A stretch of DNA of 64,000 bases, from positions 4,374,814 to 4,438,813 of the forward strand of contig NC_134034.1 in assembly GCF_964204645.1 (NCBI RefSeq), given 5' to 3'. The position numbers were made by a program, and so were the translations under genes. The notes under the pieces were generated by a model. That model saw nothing but the letters and a program-made list of their open reading frames with translations. It was not told where the DNA came from and searched no databases. Origin of the DNA: Tubulanus polymorphus. Its lineage: Eukaryota; Animalia; Nemertea. Numbering within the stretch: the first letter of the stretch is position 1; the number at the start of each line of letters is the position of its first letter. Shown here one piece after another: positions 1 to 12,700 of this stretch.

Positions 1-4
1 ACTC

Positions 5-219
5 CAGAGCCGTTGGAAGGAATTTTTCAGTGGCGAGGCTTATTTCTGAAGGGGGTCTGGGGGCCCTCCCCTAGAAAAATTTTGAAAATTCAATCGCTGG
101 AGATGCGTTTTGGGGCCATTTCACGGTCTCATTCACAGAAGCTTTTGAAAAAAAATTTGTTAAGGAAAAAAAGTGGGGCGGCTTTGGCCGCCCCTGCCGC
201 CCCTGTTCCGACGGCCCTG
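5..219. mobile_element. Small non-autonomous DNA transposon (MITE)
   Basis: Imperfect TIRs CAGAGCCGTTGGAA (5-18) versus reverse complement CAGGGCCGTCGGAA (ending 219). Flanks ACTC (1-4) and CACTC (220-224) fit a 5-bp TSD clipped by the window edge. Confidence 0.65.
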
Positions 220-1278
220 CACTCAAAAATGAATATGGCGAAGCAGTTTTCTGCCTTTTGGCATAAAGAAATCTAATTTGCACTTGCTGCATGACATGTA
301 TAATCATTGGGACAGAACTAGGTTTAAAAGACCTTAGTAAGGTTCCAATTTGATAATTTTACCCTCGAGGCTCTCTACGATAAAGCACTCAATCTATTGC
401 ATTTCATTTTCGCGATGAGTTGAGCAATCAAACAGATGAAATTCAGCCATGTAGCACTTAACGCTTGTATGGATTGTTTGGTCTTTTGGGATATTGTCAC
501 AGACAATAGGCCCTACTAGCACAATAAAAATGAATTTATGAGCCTGTCATTTACATGTATATTACGCAATTTCGTCCTGTTCTTTCGACAGCAGATGATG
601 TAATGGAAACGTTACGTTACTCAGCAATATGGGTAGCTCTCTTCAGTTCGGGTTTTCTGATGACGGCCATCTCGGCGAAGACGATGCGAGTCGGTAAGTT
701 TTTATGGACTTTCGCTTTAGTTCCTATGCTTCACACACGTTCGCGTAATACAGAACCGCTGCTATGAGGTTTGATCTGTGCATATATATCAAAAGCGCGT
801 CTCGCGTGTGCATCTTTAGTTTAAAGTTTTATTGGAAATTGCATGATTCCACTGCCAGGATTCGTCGCGGGCTATAAGGGCAGCGATGAATAGCAGTGAA
901 TTAAAAAAAAATATCATTCACGGCCGTGAAAAGTAGTGGATTTTTTTAGAAGGACTGTGAATTTGGAAAATCTTGGAAATAGTTCAATTTATAAAAATAG
1001 ATTTTCTACCAAATTTCACAGTGTAGCCTACGTAATAAATGAAATCGTTCAGCATGCTCAGCTACTAAAACATTTTAAAAATTCGTTTTCTTGAAGGAAT
1101 GTACGTAAGTGCTTATTCAAGACAAAGCGGGCGACAGTACCATAAAACCGGTACCATTTAAATCATTGAACGTTTGGCCAAAAATATTCCGTATAGGCCC
1201 GGCCCAAGTGTAGAATCCGAGTAGTTCCAGTACAAATGCTATATTGATATCCCTCCGCGAAAAGGAGTATATACGCTA

Positions 1279-1736
1279 GATGACTGAATGACTGGTTGAC
1301 TGGTTGACTGGATGACTGGGTGACTGGATGACTGGACGACGGGCCGACTGGACGACCGGCCGACTGGATGACTTGATGACTGGATGACTGGACGACCGGC
1401 CGACTGGATGACTGGTTGACTGGATGACTGGACGACCGGCCGACTGGATGACTGGATGACTGGACAACCGGCTGACTGGATGACTGGTTGACTGGATGAC
1501 TGGACGACCGGCCGACTGGATGACTGGATGACTGGACGACCGGCCGACTGGATGACTGGTTGACTGGATGACTGGATGACTGGATGACTGGACGACCGGC
1601 CGACTGGATGACTGGATGACTGGCCGACCAGCTGACTGGATGACTGGTTGACTGGACGACCGGCCGACTGGATGACTGGACGACCGGCTGACTGGATGAC
1701 TGGTTGACTGGATGACTGGACGACCGGCCGACTGGA
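1279..1736 (+). repeat. Left subterminal tandem array, 8-bp unit GACTGGAT and variants
   Basis: Directly visible array of GACTGGAT/GACTGGTT/GACCGGCC units; mirrored by the array at 5598-5754. Confidence 0.95.
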
Positions 1737-1843
1737 GGCGAATTTATCGAAACGTACTCAGTTCCGGGTATGGTACCTGACGAGTATAGGGTACCCAATT
1801 TCGAGTATCCTTCGTGGATAAATGAATTACCAGCACGCAAGCC

Positions 1844-3310
1844 GTGTCAGATATGACCGAAGCGTTGGAGAAAAAGCCAGCCCTCGTGGTTTTATTTTCA
1901 GATTTACTGAAACCGGTCGACTCGTGTATGTCATTGAGCAATTCCAGTAATGATATGCTTTTGGTTAGATCCATCAACGGACAGTCTATGACTAGTGGAA
2001 TACCAAACCACCTACCTAAGCACACAAAACTGAGGAAAATTCCTCACGCATCCGGTTTTGTGGAGGAGACCGTGCCACGGTTTAACACGCTTGAGTTCAA
2101 GATGCGGTTCAGGTAGGATTTCGTTCTTCACAAAAATAGGTTTCCAAAAGTGATGTGTGATTTTGATAAAAATTATAGTGGGATAGTGGTATTTTTATTT
2201 TTCAGGATGATGCCCACTGCTTTCGAAAAACTGATGGAAGATCTTGGTCCACGGATAAAGAATAAATATGAAAAACCAGATCAGATTATTCGTGTGGATA
2301 AACAAGCACTAATATTCTTATACTTTGCAGCAACTTAAGTTCCACTCATCAGAGTTGCAGATGCATTTGCAGTATGTGAAGCCACCGTTTTCAACATAGT
2401 TGGTAGGTAATAGTTATATATAGTCCTCTGTTCATCTTGAGTTCAACCATGCCTATAACAAAATCATATCTAACACCGATCCCAATTAGGCCAAATGAGG
2501 TTGGAGGTTAGCTCGTCCAGTTTGCTTTATTCCAAAATTTGACCAAAAATATGCATTTTATTTCCAGGGCTCCTTTCACGAATACTTGTCGGATAGATGA
2601 TGCAAAACTACATCAAATGGCCGACAGGACACCGCATCCAAGAAGTTTGGGATGCTTTCGCAGCTGTTCAAGAATTCCCTAAAGTGATTGGGGCGGTAGA
2701 CGGGACACATATCCCTATAAAGACGCCTATCAAAGATCAGGAAATTTACATAAACCGGAAAAAATGTCACAGTATTAATGTTTGCGCAATATGTGATCAT
2801 CAATATATGTTCACGGATATTACTGTCGGATCTCGTCACGATTCGCGTGTGTTCAAAAACAGTAACCTTTATAGGAATATTCAAAGTGATGCTGCAATCA
2901 AACATGCCACTTTCCCTGATAATTCGCATTTGTTGGGAGACTCTGCCTATGAGCTGGACACTTTTTTAATGGTTCCATTCAAAGACAATGGCCATCTCAA
3001 CGGAATGCAAAAAGACTTTAATTATAAGTTAAGTTCAACTAGAATGATGATTGAGAACACATTTGACATTTTGAAAGGCCGTTTCCGGCGATTGAAATAT
3101 ATAGACATGCATGAACGTCGATTACTCATGTTCATTACAAGCTGCTTTGTGCTTCATAATGTATGCATATTGCTATCTGACGATACTAATGATTATTTGC
3201 ATGAGGTTCAGTTAGTAGCACAAGAGGAAAATCCTGATGAAGTCGGTGGTTTCCTAAATCCCACCGCCGTACCGAAGCGTTATGCGATAGCAACAATGTT
3301 GTCATTGTAA
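1844..3310 (+). pseudogene. PIF/Harbinger (HARBI1-like, DDE_Tnp_4) transposase, three exons, disrupted
   Basis: Motifs VIGAVDGTHIPI, GSRHDSRVF, LLGDSAY, IENTFDILKGRFRRL. GT-AG introns at about 2113-2205 and 2405-2567. In-frame stop at 2336-2338. The 5' start is uncertain. Confidence 0.9.
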
Positions 3311-4115
3311 ATATATACCGACTTAAAATAAAGTGTCACATATCAGTATCATCATTTCCTGTCATTTTAATTGCCGTTCGTCCCAGACTTGTCCAGACCT
3401 TATGACTACAATGCCTGCTGCTTTGGGAATGAAGAGAGATGATTCACTTATGCTTCAGGAATGTTCCAATGTCCTCGGAATGTTTCAATGTCCGGTGCTT
3501 GCTTGACGGGTAATGGCAAAGACTTAATTTGAGGTGACGGTACTTATACCAAGGATATGGAGATCTGAAATCTACTAACATAAGAATTTCAGATGATTCT
3601 CGGCATTTTATCATGCATGGATAGGCATTTTCTGTAAATTCATGTACTGTCAACCCCCAATATACCGCCCACGTCAGTGCAAAACGATTTTGGCAGTATA
3701 GGGAGTATTGCGGTATATTGGAGTGGTTTACTATGTATTTGTATAGAGACGTGCATTGAGAAAACCTGGCGGTAGGCGAGGGTGTCGGTATGTGGGAGGG
3801 CAGTATATCGGGGGTGGACTGTAGTAGGGAAAATACACTTTTTGACAAGGGCCTATCATCAAATAATGTATCCGTATATAATGCATAAAAATGTAAACAT
3901 AATGTTTTAGATACTTGAAGAATTAAAATCTATTCAGATCAGTACAATTTGAACTGATCCATAGAATTGTCAAACAAAAATTCAATTCTGAAATACCAGG
4001 ACCGGTCCAAGTTACAAGCTTACTACATGTCGCCTTTATGTTTGTCATCTGATGAAGAGCTTTGGACCCTGAAATCGATCGTGTGGCTTTAAAAACTCTA
4101 CCTTAATTATGTAAA

Positions 4116-4960
4116 TCAAATTTTTTCGAGTAGTTTCTCAAAAACAGATATCTTCTTCCTTTCCACCTCTAACTTCTCGTTCTCCAAAGTCAAAACCTCT
4201 TTATGATTGGCCTGAATAGTTTCCATTAATCTTAATGAGTCCTCTTTACGAGACTCTTTTTGTTTTTCCACCAACTCCATAAATGTATCGGATTTTGCAC
4301 TAGCGGAACTACGGGAGTTTCGTAGTTTCTTAGCAGGTGGAAAATAAATTGGTTCGAATGGGTCAACATCCATCTCGGCATTGCTGGCGGAATCCGTGGA
4401 GGTACTAGATGACTCCATATTGGTGCTTGCGATAACAAAATTTGGACGGACATTGGGTTTACAACCGAGATACGCATCCAGCTCATCATAGAATACACAT
4501 GTTTTTGGTTCTACACCTGTCTTGTTGTTATGGTCGACAGTTTTTCGGTACTTCTTCATGAGGTTTTTCCATTTATTCTTTATCTGATCAGCCGCAAAAT
4601 CAAATCCTGCATCTAAAATATCATGAGCTATTTGTTTCCATATAGTGGCTTTTTTATTTTCGGATCCGAGGATTTTTCAGCATAGTCCTTATGTAAATCG
4701 ATGAGTTTTAGAATTGCAGCCCACGGCATGAAGCTATCATCGCCTGGAATATTAAAAAGCAGTAATATTATAATCAAGGAATTTTCTGAAAAATGTTGGG
4801 TGTTTATCATAATACCATTTAAATTCAGGCTACAACTTACCAGACTGCGAGGACTGCTGAAGGGAGGTCGAGGACTGCTGCAAGGAGTTCGAGGACTGCT
4901 GCACGGAGGTTGTGGCTGCAGGGCGTCGTGAAGCTGTCGGCAATTGCTCTCTTTAATTTG
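4116..4960 (-). pseudogene. Myb/SANT-like (trihelix) DNA-binding protein, Harbinger accessory ORF
   Basis: W-AAILKLIDLHKDY...QIKNKWKNLMKKYRKTVDHNNKTG...CVFYDELD followed by a C-terminal coiled coil; convergent with the transposase as is typical for Harbinger; frameshifted near 4630. Confidence 0.85.
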
Positions 4961-5137
4961 TCAGCAAAGACTGCAACACGTTCACATCAAGAAAAAGACT
5001 ATTAACAAGAAGTGAAGCCAAGTACATGATGATACCTAAAAAAATGAATGGGGCCTACAACTGGATGATTGGGTGACTGGGTGATCGGAGGACTGGTCGA
5101 CTGGTCGAATGAGCAAGTAGGCATTTGTGTTATAGCC

Positions 5138-5572
5138 ATGGAAAGTTCCAGACCTGTTGCGCCTGGAGTTGTTGAATTCGTCCAAACAATAACTGGTAGT
5201 TTGGATAAAACGATCAAGTTTCTTCTGAACAATATAATTCGAAGCAACTGTCACTGCATTTACTGCTCTTGTGATATGGAACTGAAAGTTAACCTGTCGA
5301 ATTGGGTGTGCGGAATATGTGCCAGTAAACAATCTGTCCGGAAAGGCTCATTTTTCTCGAAATCAAATGTCACACTGCAAAATCTGGTTATGATAGTGTA
5401 TTGTTTTGCGCTCGACCTGCAACAGTACGAGTGCCACAAACTATTACCGAATGTTGGATTGAAGACGATCATGGAGTGGTATCATCGTTTACAGGGGGTT
5501 TTATCCGTACACGATGAAACGCAAGCCGGTGCTTATGGGCGGTGAAATCGAGGATAACGTCATCGAAATCGC
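5138..5572 (+). pseudogene. Merlin/ISXO2-like transposase N-terminal fragment
   Basis: CxxC...WxCxxC...SVRKGSFFSKSNVTLQNLV...KTIMEWY, then a frameshift into MGGE..NVIEI; truncated just before the first catalytic D. Confidence 0.75.
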
Positions 5573-5597
5573 AGTTATTGGTATAGATTGTTGTACT

Positions 5598-5754
5598 CCA
5601 GTAGGCCAGTCGTCCAGTCAGCCAGTCGGCCGGTCGCCCGGTCGCCCGGTCGCCCAGTCATCCGGTCATCCAGTCGGCCGGTCGTCCAGTCTACCAGTCA
5701 TCCAGTCAGCCGGTCGTCCAGTCATCCAGTCGGCCAGTCCTCCAGTCATCCAGT
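5598..5754 (-). repeat. Right subterminal tandem array (ATCCAGTC units), inverse of 1279-1736
   Basis: Reverse complement of the left array unit. Confidence 0.92.
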
Positions 5755-6742
5755 ATACCATGTAAATAATGAAGAACCGAATCACTACCAACCTATCGAA
5801 TATGTTCCTACACCCTTGCACTATTACTACGTATTCAACACTTGGGCCTATAGGCCCCCTATCATTAGATAGGTTTAGAATTTACATTTTTTATGAAACC
5901 CCTGGAACAAATCCTGGATCCGCACCTGTGCAGTTGTGTGTGAATACTGCAATATAGTAAATGGCTTCATGGAGATCGTGTCAATAGAAAAGGGCACTCT
6001 TACAAAGTCGCTGCAGTTGACCGTGAATTTGGCTTAGCACGGGCAGTGAATGGCATTCAATTTGGTTCAGCAGTGATATAATCAATGAACCCTGTACAGT
6101 GCACTGCTGCGCTTAACACTAACGACAGGCAAAATCTAAATTCTAAATCTTTAAAAATAAGGAGTAGGCCTATAGCGAAATCTTTATGATTTACTAAGAG
6201 TACGTATTTACTGACGTTTAATTTTGGTACTGGATTAAACATACGCCATCATGTAAATTTTGGAAAGTCCATATTAAGAATTTCGTTTCTTGTTATGACT
6301 GTTCGATTCAAATAGATTCATTAATATCGTTCTACCACTCGTTATCTGTGTCGCTCATATCGCGTGTATAATAGTTAATTTACGCTCAAATCGTAGATTT
6401 GGGCTCCACAATATTCAGAATTAAATTCAATCAGATCAATGGACACAGGTACGTAGGCTTAATTCAGGCGCTTGCCATAAAGAATGTGGTTCAAGTCCGA
6501 TATGCGGCACTAAAGTGCAATGTGTAGGGTTACTTTTTGAGTAAATCGGGGATTAAGAAATGGAGGAGGGGTTTCTCGGCTGACGGAGTGCTTTATCGGC
6601 AACCCCGTTCCGTTCGGTCTGTTTTGGATTTCGGAACAATGTTTCATAATCTATTGCAACAAAAACTTTCAATAAACCTTAAATTTTCGGCGCTTCTTCT
6701 AGGCATCAAATTATTTACTTTTGATTAAGTCTTGTTTTTCAG

Positions 6743-9700
6743 TTTGTATCGTCACCGAGGATTTTGCAAATATGCAAGAAAGAGTCGAATATTTTTCGTC
6801 CACGATCGCGCGAGTTCAAGGTCAGCGAACGAATGCGACGAAACCGTCTATCGATGTTACATTCGTCGATGTCCGACCAGAGATCAGCACAGGCGTCGGT
6901 CTCAATGAGAAATGTGAGTATCATATTGATATTTTATGGAACTGTGGAGCAGTGTGGCTTAGTGGTAGAGTGCTCGCCCCCCCCCCCCCCCCAATCGGGA
7001 GGTTGTGTGTTCGAACCCCGGCTGTGCTGTAGTGTCCTTAGGCACGGCATTAATTCACAATTGCTACTGGCTGGCGACGCCTTGATCGCTCTGCAGCGTA
7101 TCGGTGTTTCATCTCCCCAGGGAGAGTAAGAATGTACTGGATTGGTAACAGAAGCTGGGTAATAATTGAGTGACAGCGCTTTGAGCATTCTTTGGAAAGG
7201 CGCTATACAAGCACTAATTATTATTATTATTATTATGGAATTGTTCCACCGCTAACAGTGTGCGGGTAGGCAACACTTTGAAGGCCGTGATCCCGTCGCG
7301 AGGTACAATGATCAATCCGATAAGGTTAGTGTAGGCAAACCATGATCCAAACGACGTAAATCCAGCAAGATTGAGGTGAATAAAAATCAAAATGCCGTAC
7401 CGTCGACCACAATTGTAGCAAGTGAGGTCTTCAATGGGATCCACCAGGTGTCGCTAGTGGTTGCTCGGTACAACACGCTTTTCCATTGAATTGACATGTT
7501 TCATTAGTAAATCAGTTTTCAGCGCAATCTGTTCCATACACTGAGTGGAAAATCTCATATCTGTTCGAGACTTGGTTCATAATGTTTGGCGAATAAGTAG
7601 GCCTCGAAATCCAGTTCAAATGTGATCAACGAAGAAACAATCGCAATGATAATAACAATCATTAACGTCGATGATAATGCTAATGATAATTTATTGATCC
7701 ATTATAAGATATGCTCATCGACTAAAAATGCTTCAAATGAAGGAAACTGAAGGTTAAAAACTTGATTTAAAAACATTTAGTCGGAATACTACAGCATTGC
7801 AGAGTATATTCGTGCACAATACAAGAAGGCTCTATGCTCGCGCTTCAGACTAAATTAACACACAAGCATTACTAGCACGGGTTTCATGGGTTATATCTTA
7901 AAACTCTAGTGGGTGACGTCCGTCGGACAGTTGACTCTTAATACGACAGCGCATTAATTTCTTAAGATCATTTTCATTGCATATATCGCGTGCTATATGG
8001 TGGGCACCGGGGCACGTGCTCCCGCTGGAAGTATGGGGACAAATTATGGAACAATCTTTGAAGTGCATTGCGTCTTGAGAAGCAAGGGTTCTCACGTTGG
8101 ATTCAATGCTTTCAAATACTATCTTTTGAATGAACAGAGAACGAAATTCTACGAAGAACTATGATAGAGCAAGTGTAGCCTATTCATCAAAATTCTCATT
8201 ATGATCGCATTCAATAGATTACTAAGCTACGTATACACCATTATAATAAATGTTATTTTGTTCGATAAACACTGAACTTGAATAAATACGTGGGTTCTGA
8301 AAAATTAATAACATCAATAACGCGAATTTTCTGAACGCGCAATGCACAGTGTGACGTCATACTGAATATAAAGTGCGCTGTACACACATTTTCGATTAAG
8401 CTTTATCGTTTTCTTGCTACTCGATGTCAACTGAATTCATGATTAAACATTCGTATTATCTATTTCGATCAGACCTTTAATCATTTTGATATAATCAAGA
8501 TATGACACTATTTTTACCTTCAATCGGCGCAGTACAGCGCAGTAACCGGCGAGGATCAAAATGCTTCTGAAAATTCGTCTAGCGGGATTGCGATCTAATA
8601 GGGGACCCCTTATTAGCTGAACTGGATCATGGGCCCTACTTCATTAACGCCCGTCCCCCTCAATTGAACTCCTAGGTCCACCCATGGGAATCTCAGATGG
8701 ATCAAAACAATCTCCAGATTCTTGATTCATCGGAACAGATTTTGCAACATTATTTGGTGGTGAAACAAACCACGTATTTTCAGATAAATCAACTTTTGGT
8801 TTTTTCAGTGGAAACGATACTGCAAGCAAACTACGACGCCGCGATCGGACCGCCGGTAGATTATTTTCAAAGATACGTAGGAACGGAATATTTCGTTGTG
8901 GGGACCGGACTTCAAGCTAAAGCATGTCCGTCGAACGATAGATTACATAACGTTCCGCCGAATTTGGACCAGGCGATGAGTCTTGTTTTCCGCTTCATTA
9001 AATCTTCAGAGGAGACACTTTGTCATCGTTTCATTATCATCACACACAATACAGGTAAGGCTTAACAACAATGATAACTCGTTTTTTTCATATTCGGCCG
9101 GGTCGTTTTGTAAAGTACGATGAAATTTGTAATCAGTTCATTTCTATAGCTGCCGGGTCTAGTTATGGTATTACTCAAATAAAATTGATCCTGATTTTAA
9201 AGAAAGTTATGTACATGATCAAAGACGGTCAGCTTTTAAACTTAGCAGAAAGGAAAAACAATGTATCAAAATAGAATCACATGAACAAAAAGCCACCGAT
9301 AGACGCGCGTCAAAAATGTATCGAAAGGCTGAAATAACTATAAGGACTGTTATTGTTCTCCATTTGCTGGGATTTCAAAGGGGCTGCAGTCACTGTTTAG
9401 TGTGTGACACCTTGGCAAAACTTTTGATCCTCCAAAAATACAGCTAATTGAAGCTTAATTTTGGTGTAATTTCCTTCACATAAGCTCAATATATTTCCCA
9501 AGCTGTTATCAGCATTGATGGAATATTGAAATCTACTAAGGTAGGTGCAGCAGATATTTTAGGAGTTACTGATTCATAGAGGGGTGGATGTAAAAAAACC
9601 GGTGGCCGCCCCACTGAAACCTGTTGTGGAGAACAATGACTGTATCATAAGAGTGTATAGATCATAATAAAACGGATGGATGGCGGCTTCATTTTCCAGG

Positions 9701-12700
9701 TGAGCTCCACGATTTTCTTCGCGCGTTCAGGTCGTACTCGCAGCGGTTTAGCGGCTATGAGAGGCTCTGTTTCAGACATTACCCGTTCGTAACGGGCTGG
9801 CGGAAAGCGGATAGTACGTATGGATTTATCGAATCGGGAACGACCGATCAAATGAGGACGGCACGGAATCTGGGCATATCGCATATCGTTGTGTTTTCGA
9901 GAACGCCAAGCGCGTATCATCCGTTCGTCGCGGTAAATATAATGAGATTTAAGAGGTTGTGCTTTACGCGAACTATCATTCATCGTTCAAAGCCAAACCA
10001 CGATTTAACGATTTAAGTCTGTGAACGTTGTCAATGTAGGTGCTATTTAATATATTTCAGGCAACTATGTTTGACATGAACTCATATCTTTATCGCTGGC
10101 TTTATCTGACGTATGTGAGTATTGCTTTTCGTACATAATGAGAACTATTCGATTTACATTAGGTTGATGCCTCTCAAAATATCACTTGGATGATTTATTA
10201 TGCCAATAAGTTATGCATCCTCATCGGCATCAAGCATGTTTTATGACGCTTTTGACTGCAGGCGTAAAGTGATTCAAAAGCGCCAGCATAAACACATCTG
10301 GTCGAATAACGACTATTCGATGCGAAGCCATTACCGGTACATGTATTTTAGGCCATTTTGAATTACTCGAATGAATGCAATTTTTCTGGGAATAATGGAT
10401 GTCAAACAGAGAAAAATATTGAAATATATTTTCACATTTTCATTTAGAGCCACATATTTTACATTATCCCCGGCAGGGATTCGAACCTGATTGCATTGAG
10501 ACTTGCCAGGGTACGAAACCCTTCCATTCCTTGTCATTATTAGCCAATCAGATAACCCATTTTATTTTTGCCCGGGTTTTCCGTTTTTAGTTCTTCCGTA
10601 AAAATTTCCTCGGTGATTATACAACGAGCAATCTATTGGTGCTGCAGGTTTTCGTGCGGCAAACCTGCGCACCTGGTCTAGTGTGGCAAGGTTCCGTACC
10701 GTGGTGAGTCTCGATGCAATCAGGTTCGAATCCCTGCCAAGGGGCATTAAATTATGTGCCTGTGAGTAATACAATAATAAGTAATTTGAAAACAAGTTTT
10801 GATAATTTTTTCCCTTTGCTCTTCGACTTTTCCCTGTATCATGTTCTTCAAGTAATTGGTAAAAACACATAATGCTTTTCATTACTTCCGATGGCGTAAT
10901 CAGCATCACAAACCATGTTTCGTTTTTTACATTAATTACTTATATGCGTTATTCAAGGGGCTGCGAATCTAGGTGCACTGCGTCATCGGTATAGGTGTTT
11001 CAAAGTAAATGTGAATGAATATTAATATTGGCGTTTATCTTGCAATCAAATATCTTTTTATATTCAAATATGTTTTACGCCTTTTTAACGATTAATTTAT
11101 TAGCTATCAGTGTATTGTGTGCTTGTTTGTGCAGTACGTCATCAATGGGGCTAGACTGGATGTCGGTCAATTCAATTCAATTGATATATTCAAATTATTT
11201 TATTCATTGTGGATACGATGTATTATCAAGCAATAGGTATACGTTAATTTCCAATGCTTCACTAAAATTTAAGTTGGCTTTCTTATTTCTTTCTCAGGAG
11301 AACGTACCGTACGATATTTTCGCCAGGGGCAAAATCTCCCAAACGAATGCATCGCTGTCATTCCTCGATATGTTCAATGGAAATCTAGTAAACACGTATA
11401 ACCTGACCAGATTATCAACAGACCACAAGAGTCGTGATTATGGATTGTTCGATACGCTTCTTACTTTGAATAAATTTGCCGAGCGACAAATTGAAAGAAG
11501 ATCGGAACAGTTTTTTGTAAGTGAGGGGTTCACTATCGTCATTTATATATCACTATATATCATATACCTATCGACAAAACATAACGAGTTAACTTTATCT
11601 TCATTGACAACCTTCTTATTCTCAATGACTTCAATAATTCAGTGAATTTATGATCAGATACCAACGACGAACTTCTCATTCCCAATATCTTCAATGATTC
11701 AGTGAAATGATAATTACGTAATGTAGTTACTATTGAAAGCCTTCTCATCTACAGTAACTTCAACACTTCAGTAGATTTTATAATGGGTAACTGATTTTCA
11801 ATTTGATTCGATTCTAGGATTCGAAAGTCGAAGTTGATGGTTTAAGCGGTCGTTTCAACTTCTCGCTGAAGATATGTCGTGAGGCGCCCGCCGTTCAAGT
11901 TTGTGAGACGAACGCGGATAGAAATAGAACTCGGTGTAAAATGACTGGGTTAAAGGTAAGAAAAGCTTTTTGGCCAGTGTCAGCAGCAGTTGCCGATGGA
12001 AAGTTTGGTTAAAGCGAGAATTTCCTTTGACCAACGTAACCTTCTTTTCGTTTACGAAATACAAGTTTCTCATGTTATCAGCTTCAACGACTCTCGAATT
12101 CAGATAGATATCGTTGTTTTCAGTCACGCGGTACTGTATCCACCTGTCGTCCGCTCGTCCAAGCAGGTTTCCGTGCCCTATCCCTTAAACCGTTGAAGTT
12201 ATATTCCTAAAATTGGACCATATATGCGTTGCTCTAAGTTTGCGTGCTGTAGGTCAATAGTCAAGGTCACTGTAGTGTAGATTATCTAAATCATTTTTCA
12301 TATCTGGGTTTTAACTCATAAACGGTTCGAGTAAACTACGGGGGATTTGATGGATGGGCTACCCTAGGGACAGTGGATAACCGATAAAGTATTGAATACT
12401 GTCAACGTCACAAGAAGCCAATTCTATTGACATACATCGTTGTCTTTTAATTTTTAGTTCACGGATTGGAAGAAACTCGACAAAGGAAAACCGATTAGTC
12501 CTATTCCAGGTCCGGGCGTGAAAGTATATACTGGTAACATGGGCCGGATTATCTTAAGACTGGTCAGTAAAAGTCTCATGGTCGAGTGACGCAGTTTTCT
12601 TCAAACCAGTTGCAATAAGACGATTTCCAAGCCGTGCCGTATTATACGTACATGTAGTTCATTTACATATTATCTATTCGAATAGGAGCCCCCCTTCTTT

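Larger units (their letters stand above)
1201..5848. mobile_element. Composite DNA transposon with Merlin (IS1595/ISXO2)-type ends containing a Harbinger gene pair
   Basis: TIRs GGCCCAAGTGTAGAATCCG (1201) and its counterpart CGTATTCAACACTTGGGCC (ends 5848). Exact 9-bp TSD TATAGGCCC (1192-1200, 5849-5857). Inverted subterminal tandem arrays and an ISXO2-like ORF fragment inside. Confidence 0.8.

Noticed and set aside
1279-1736. CRISPR-like array
   Set aside because: Contiguous short tandem units with no unique spacers, in a eukaryotic transposon context with no cas genes.
1163-1840. 225-aa Ser/Pro/Val-rich ORF (also 5588-5872)
   Set aside because: Translation of the subterminal 8-bp tandem array, not a gene.
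6946-7025. tRNA genes (also near 20290, 22385, 60519)
   Set aside because: A/B-box-like motifs without a complete cloverleaf; SINE heads or relics.
11028-11645. 205-aa hydrophobic ORF as a standalone membrane protein
   Set aside because: Only 11298-11516 is a spliced iGluR exon; the rest is open intron sequence.
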